The translations under genes and the position numbers were made by a program. The notes under the pieces are model-generated. The model searched no databases and was not told the origin of the DNA. It worked only from the letters and a program-made list of their open reading frames with translations. DNA of 16,819 nt from a virus. The stretch lies in UHGV virus genome UHGV-0353285; one strand, 5' to 3'. Of the stretch, positions 15,190 through 16,819 are shown in pieces (the first letter of the stretch is position 1; each line of letters starts with the position of its first letter).

Positions 15190-16233
15190 ATGAGTGATTA
15201 CGTAAATACTGGCGTGGAAGCATGGAAGCCCAATTTTTATATATCTGCTGATAATGAAAACATCACGGATAAAATAAGAAAAGGTTTGATCAATATCACG
15301 CTCACAGATTATGGCGGTTCGAGTAAACAGACAGACGAATTACGCGTAGCAATCGTTTCTGAAACTCTGAAAATTCCGGCCCGTGGCGTGAAGATCAGTG
15401 TCGGACTCGGTTTCGGTAATCAGATAATTGATAAGGGTATATACATCGTCGACGGTGCGAGCAGTGGCGGTGAACCTCGGGTAGTTGATTTCACAGCAAA
15501 AGCGGCTCCGATGAACGCGTCAAAAGGCTCTCCGACAGTTCAGAGCAAAAAAACTCGCTCCTGGAGCGACGTCACTGTCAGCAATATCGTTGCAACAATA
15601 GCGAGCGATAACGGGCTAAAACCACGTGTATCAAAGCGGTTTGCAGACAATATTATCACGCAACTCGATCAAGTCGGCGAGTCAGATATGCACCTGATGT
15701 CGAGACTAGCAACACGATTCGATGCGGTGAGTAAACCCGCGGGAGGGTACTGGATATTCCTGCCGCGCGGCGCGGGCGAATCTGTTAGCGGAGCGCCGCT
15801 TCAGCACTACACGCTCACGCGTCGTGATAACTCCAGCTGGGGTTATTCACGAAACGGACAAAGTGGCGATAGTGGTAGCGGTGGCGAAAATCCGGAACCG
15901 ACGTATCTGATTAAATATCACGACACAGCAACTGGGCAGATCAAAGAATTGCGGACAGGTAGTGGCGGCGATCCTGTCATTGAATGGCCGGCAGTTGAGC
16001 CGTCGCTCGACGCAGCGAAAGAAGCTGCACCAGGGCTCAAGGGCGGTGCAGCTAAAAAAGAGTTCTCTATGACGTACACGACGCCAGCGACGCTCGATTT
16101 AGTGTCGCTGACAGCAGAATGCAAAGTCACAACTCAAGGATTCGGGACCGAGGAGGACCGGGACTGGACTATCAACACGCTGAGCCTGACGCTTGCTGAA
16201 AACGGCTTTTCGGTTCGACTGTCTCTGGAGTAA
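15190..16233 (+). CDS. Tail protein D (P2 gpD / late control gene D family)
   Basis: 347-aa ORF immediately after X (stop/start TGATGAATG), in the conserved U-X-D arrangement of P2-like and R-pyocin tail clusters. Size and sequence are gpD-like. Confidence 0.82.
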   Translation: MSDYVNTGVEAWKPNFYISADNENITDKIRKGLINITLTDYGGSSKQTDELRVAIVSETLKIPARGVKISVGLGFGNQIIDKGIYIVDGASSGGEPRVVDFTAKAAPMNASKGSPTVQSKKTRSWSDVTVSNIVATIASDNGLKPRVSKRFADNIITQLDQVGESDMHLMSRLATRFDAVSKPAGGYWIFLPRGAGESVSGAPLQHYTLTRRDNSSWGYSRNGQSGDSGSGGENPEPTYLIKYHDTATGQIKELRTGSGGDPVIEWPAVEPSLDAAKEAAPGLKGGAAKKEFSMTYTTPATLDLVSLTAECKVTTQGFGTEEDRDWTINTLSLTLAENGFSVRLSLE

Positions 16234-16399
16234 ATTGGCTCGGCGAGCCGGTGGCGGGTATGAATTTAGTATTAACGACTGTCGACTGCAAACGGCACCT
16301 GCGATATTTTTAGGCGTAAGCCGGAGAACGAAGAGTCTCTGGTGCTGAACGTTGTTATCGTTAGATGCTGACATTTTTTAATATTGGGAGTTTTCAAAC

Positions 16400-16819
16400 A
16401 TGGTCGTTAAAAATGCTCTTGCCTGTGGGATTATGCTTACTCTTGTCGGTTGTGCTACAAAACCTGTCTCAAATGAACAAGCCACTCCTGTTCCTGAAAA
16501 ACAAATTATCAGTACCGTGTTACTCGAAAAACGAGACGGTACGGGAGAGGTGATCATCAAGCGTGACTCGGGGTTCTTTGGAAGCGCGTGCTTTTCCCGT
16601 GTTTATGTTGATGGTAAAGAGGTGGCAGATTTAGGTACAGCTCAGAAAGTCGTTGTATACCCAACGATTGGTGATCATGTCTTCAGCGCGTGGCCTAAAG
16701 GGGTATGTGGCGGTGGTATGAGTGAGCAGGCGGGTAAGGTGACAACAGATCGTACTTTGATGTATCGCATAGGGTATGGATCAAACGGTGAATATGGCAT
16801 TCACCCAACTGCGTTTTAA
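16400..16819 (+). CDS. Putative lipoprotein (signal peptide with lipobox LVGC); phage moron or flanking host gene
   Basis: 139-aa ORF with GGGAG SD 9 nt upstream. The N-terminus (MVVKNALACGIMLTLVGCATKP) is a typical lipoprotein signal peptide with the Cys at the cleavage site. TAA stop at the window end. Confidence 0.6.
   Translation: MVVKNALACGIMLTLVGCATKPVSNEQATPVPEKQIISTVLLEKRDGTGEVIIKRDSGFFGSACFSRVYVDGKEVADLGTAQKVVVYPTIGDHVFSAWPKGVCGGGMSEQAGKVTTDRTLMYRIGYGSNGEYGIHPTAF

Larger units (their letters stand above)
3..16233 (+). mobile_element. Phage/prophage late structural region: lambda-like head module joined to P2/R-pyocin-like contractile tail module (partial element; replication, lysis, terminase and integration functions lie outside the window)
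   Basis: Unbroken co-directional series of recognisable virion genes with overlapping stop/start codons (e.g. TGATG at 1572-1576, TAATG at 2882-2886, ATGA at 4757-4760 and 5846-5849). Gene order matches lambda B-C-Nu3-D-E-FI-FII-Z, then the V-W-J-I-H-FI-FII-E-T-U-X-D order of P2-like tails and R-type pyocins. Confidence 0.85.

Noticed and set aside
6363-16233. R-type pyocin-like tailocin
   Set aside because: The tail gene order matches R-pyocin clusters, but the same operon carries a complete head module (portal, protease/scaffold, decoration, major capsid). This is a phage or prophage, not a headless tailocin.
16234-16399. Possible tRNA or attachment site downstream of gpD
   Set aside because: Only a short hairpin (GGCTCG/CGAGCC) and a short tandem CGACTG repeat were seen. 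No cloverleaf-compatible structure or recognisable tRNA 3' end. A boundary cannot be called without flanking sequence.
1-16819. CRISPR arrays, rRNA/tRNA genes, integrase or transposase
   Set aside because: No regularly spaced direct repeats, no RNA-gene-like conserved structures, and no ORF resembling a recombinase or transposase were found on either strand.

Overview
This window reads as one strand-coherent late (virion structural) operon of a tailed phage or prophage: every supported gene is on the + strand and most junctions have overlapping stop/start codons. The first ~6.3 kb is a lambda-like head module (portal B, protease/minor capsid C with nested Nu3-like scaffold, decoration D, major capsid E, FI-like, FII-like, Z-like completion protein). 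From ~6.36 kb onward it is a P2/R-pyocin-like contractile tail module in the order V-W-J-I-fibre-(small ORFs)-sheath-tube-E/E'-tape measure-U-X-D. A lipoprotein gene follows gpD. All assignments come from reading the six-frame translations against protein families recalled from memory; no database search was run. I did not find a clearly novel system. The most unusual locus is at the tail fibre/sheath junction, where a canonical sheath N-terminus sits in a separate 113-aa ORF directly upstream of a full-length sheath gene. Other points worth checking are a -1 frame E' extension lacking a canonical slippery heptamer, a 22-bp perfect palindrome at the head/tail seam, an AT-rich gap inside the otherwise compact operon, and a 13-nt motif repeated at two gene junctions. 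No rRNA, tRNA, CRISPR array, integrase or transposase was seen.
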